From a virus (lineage: Duplodnaviria; Caudoviricetes): a stretch of DNA of 47,752 nucleotides. Position numbers and translations under genes: made by a program. The notes beneath the pieces were generated by a model. It ran no database searches. It had not been told where the DNA came from and worked only from the letters and a program-made list of their open reading frames with translations. This document shows positions 47,223-47,752 of this stretch, piece by piece (position 1 is the stretch's first letter; each line of letters begins with the position of its first letter). Where the stretch lies: the IMG/VR virus record IMGVR_UViG_3300034171_000124, positions 1 to 47,752 of that record; one strand, written 5' to 3'.

Positions 47223-47249
47223 ATTCTCCATAACGTTTTAAATTCCTTT
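47223..47249 (-). promoter_or_regulatory. Sigma-H-type promoter
   Basis: AAAGGAATT-N14-GAAT, matching the sigma-H consensus AGGAWWT-N14-GAAT, just after a terminator hairpin at about 47258-47283. Confidence 0.65.
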
Positions 47250-47291
47250 TTATGTGAAAAAAAGCTTGGATATTCTCCAAGCTCTAATCTG

Positions 47292-47752
47292 TTAATTGCT
47301 TATTTTATATGCGTGTTGGATATTGTCTTGACTCATCTCTGCGTAGATCATTGTTGTATCTGCACACTCATGTCCCATGAGTTGCTGTAATATTGGCAAT
47401 GGCATCCCGGCGTTAATTTGGTGAGTAGCAAACGAATGTCTAAACAAATGAGGGAATATTGATTTATTAAGTGCAGCTCTTTTAGCAATGTTTTTAACTT
47501 CTCTTTCTATACTTCTACCGCTTAATCTTCCTATAGGGGCTTTACTAGTTACAAACAAAGCTTCGCAGAAATCCTTTCTTCCTTTGATATATTTTTCTAA
47601 TAATATTTTCGACTTTGTATTAAAGTAAACTTTTCTTTCCTTATCCCCTTTTCCAATCACATTTAAACTCATTTCGTAAAAATTCACATCTGACTTATTT
47701 ACTCCAACTACCTCGCTCAGTCGTACACCTGAGCTCACTAAAAATTCTATTA
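47292..47752 (-). CDS. Xer-like tyrosine recombinase, C-terminal catalytic part
   Basis: SGVRLSE, GKGDKER, HLFRH, MGH and TMIY give the full R-K-H-R-H-Y set. Confidence 0.92.
   Translation of the reverse strand, partial: IEFLVSSGVRLSEVVGVNKSDVNFYEMSLNVIGKGDKERKVYFNTKSKILLEKYIKGRKDFCEALFVTSKAPIGRLSGRSIEREVKNIAKRAALNKSIFPHLFRHSFATHQINAGMPLPILQQLMGHECADTTMIYAEMSQDNIQHAYKISN

Noticed and set aside
47626-47752. 127-bp terminal repeat as a biological phage terminal repeat
   Set aside because: It falls inside a CDS and equals a common k-mer length, so it is an assembly overlap. The HNH/TerS layout points to cos packaging elsewhere.

Overview
The window is an apparently complete, circular temperate siphovirus genome from an AT-rich spore-forming Bacillota host, most likely Clostridium. 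Bases 1-127 repeat exactly at 47626-47752, an assembly overlap that gives a 47,625-bp circle. The minus strand carries early and recombination genes (SMC-like ATPase, RecT, PD-(D/E)XK nuclease, PcfK/PcfJ, SSB, ERCC4 nuclease, TOPRIM/D5 primase-helicase with an iteron-like origin). It also carries an ArpU-like late regulator, an HNH-terminase-portal-protease-HK97 capsid module, a siphovirus tail with a BppU-SGNH fibre, and holin/amidase lysis genes. The plus strand carries a CI repressor and a tyrosine integrase next to an intact attP (3' part of tRNA-Leu CAA). The roughly 9-kb accessory region between attP and lysis is unusual: a VirB4/HerA-like ATPase with small membrane proteins, a ParM actin flanked by two paralogous RHH-like genes (one with a sigma-H-type promoter), a second Xer-like recombinase split by the window edge, and an acr-aca-like pair. 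The most striking unexplained signal is a family of degenerate palindromic sites (TCGCA-N12-TGCGA). They lie at gene boundaries in the variable early region and also bracket the C-terminal module of the tail fibre, suggesting a recombinase-driven cassette-swapping system. All protein calls come from motifs and synteny by eye; no database searches were run.
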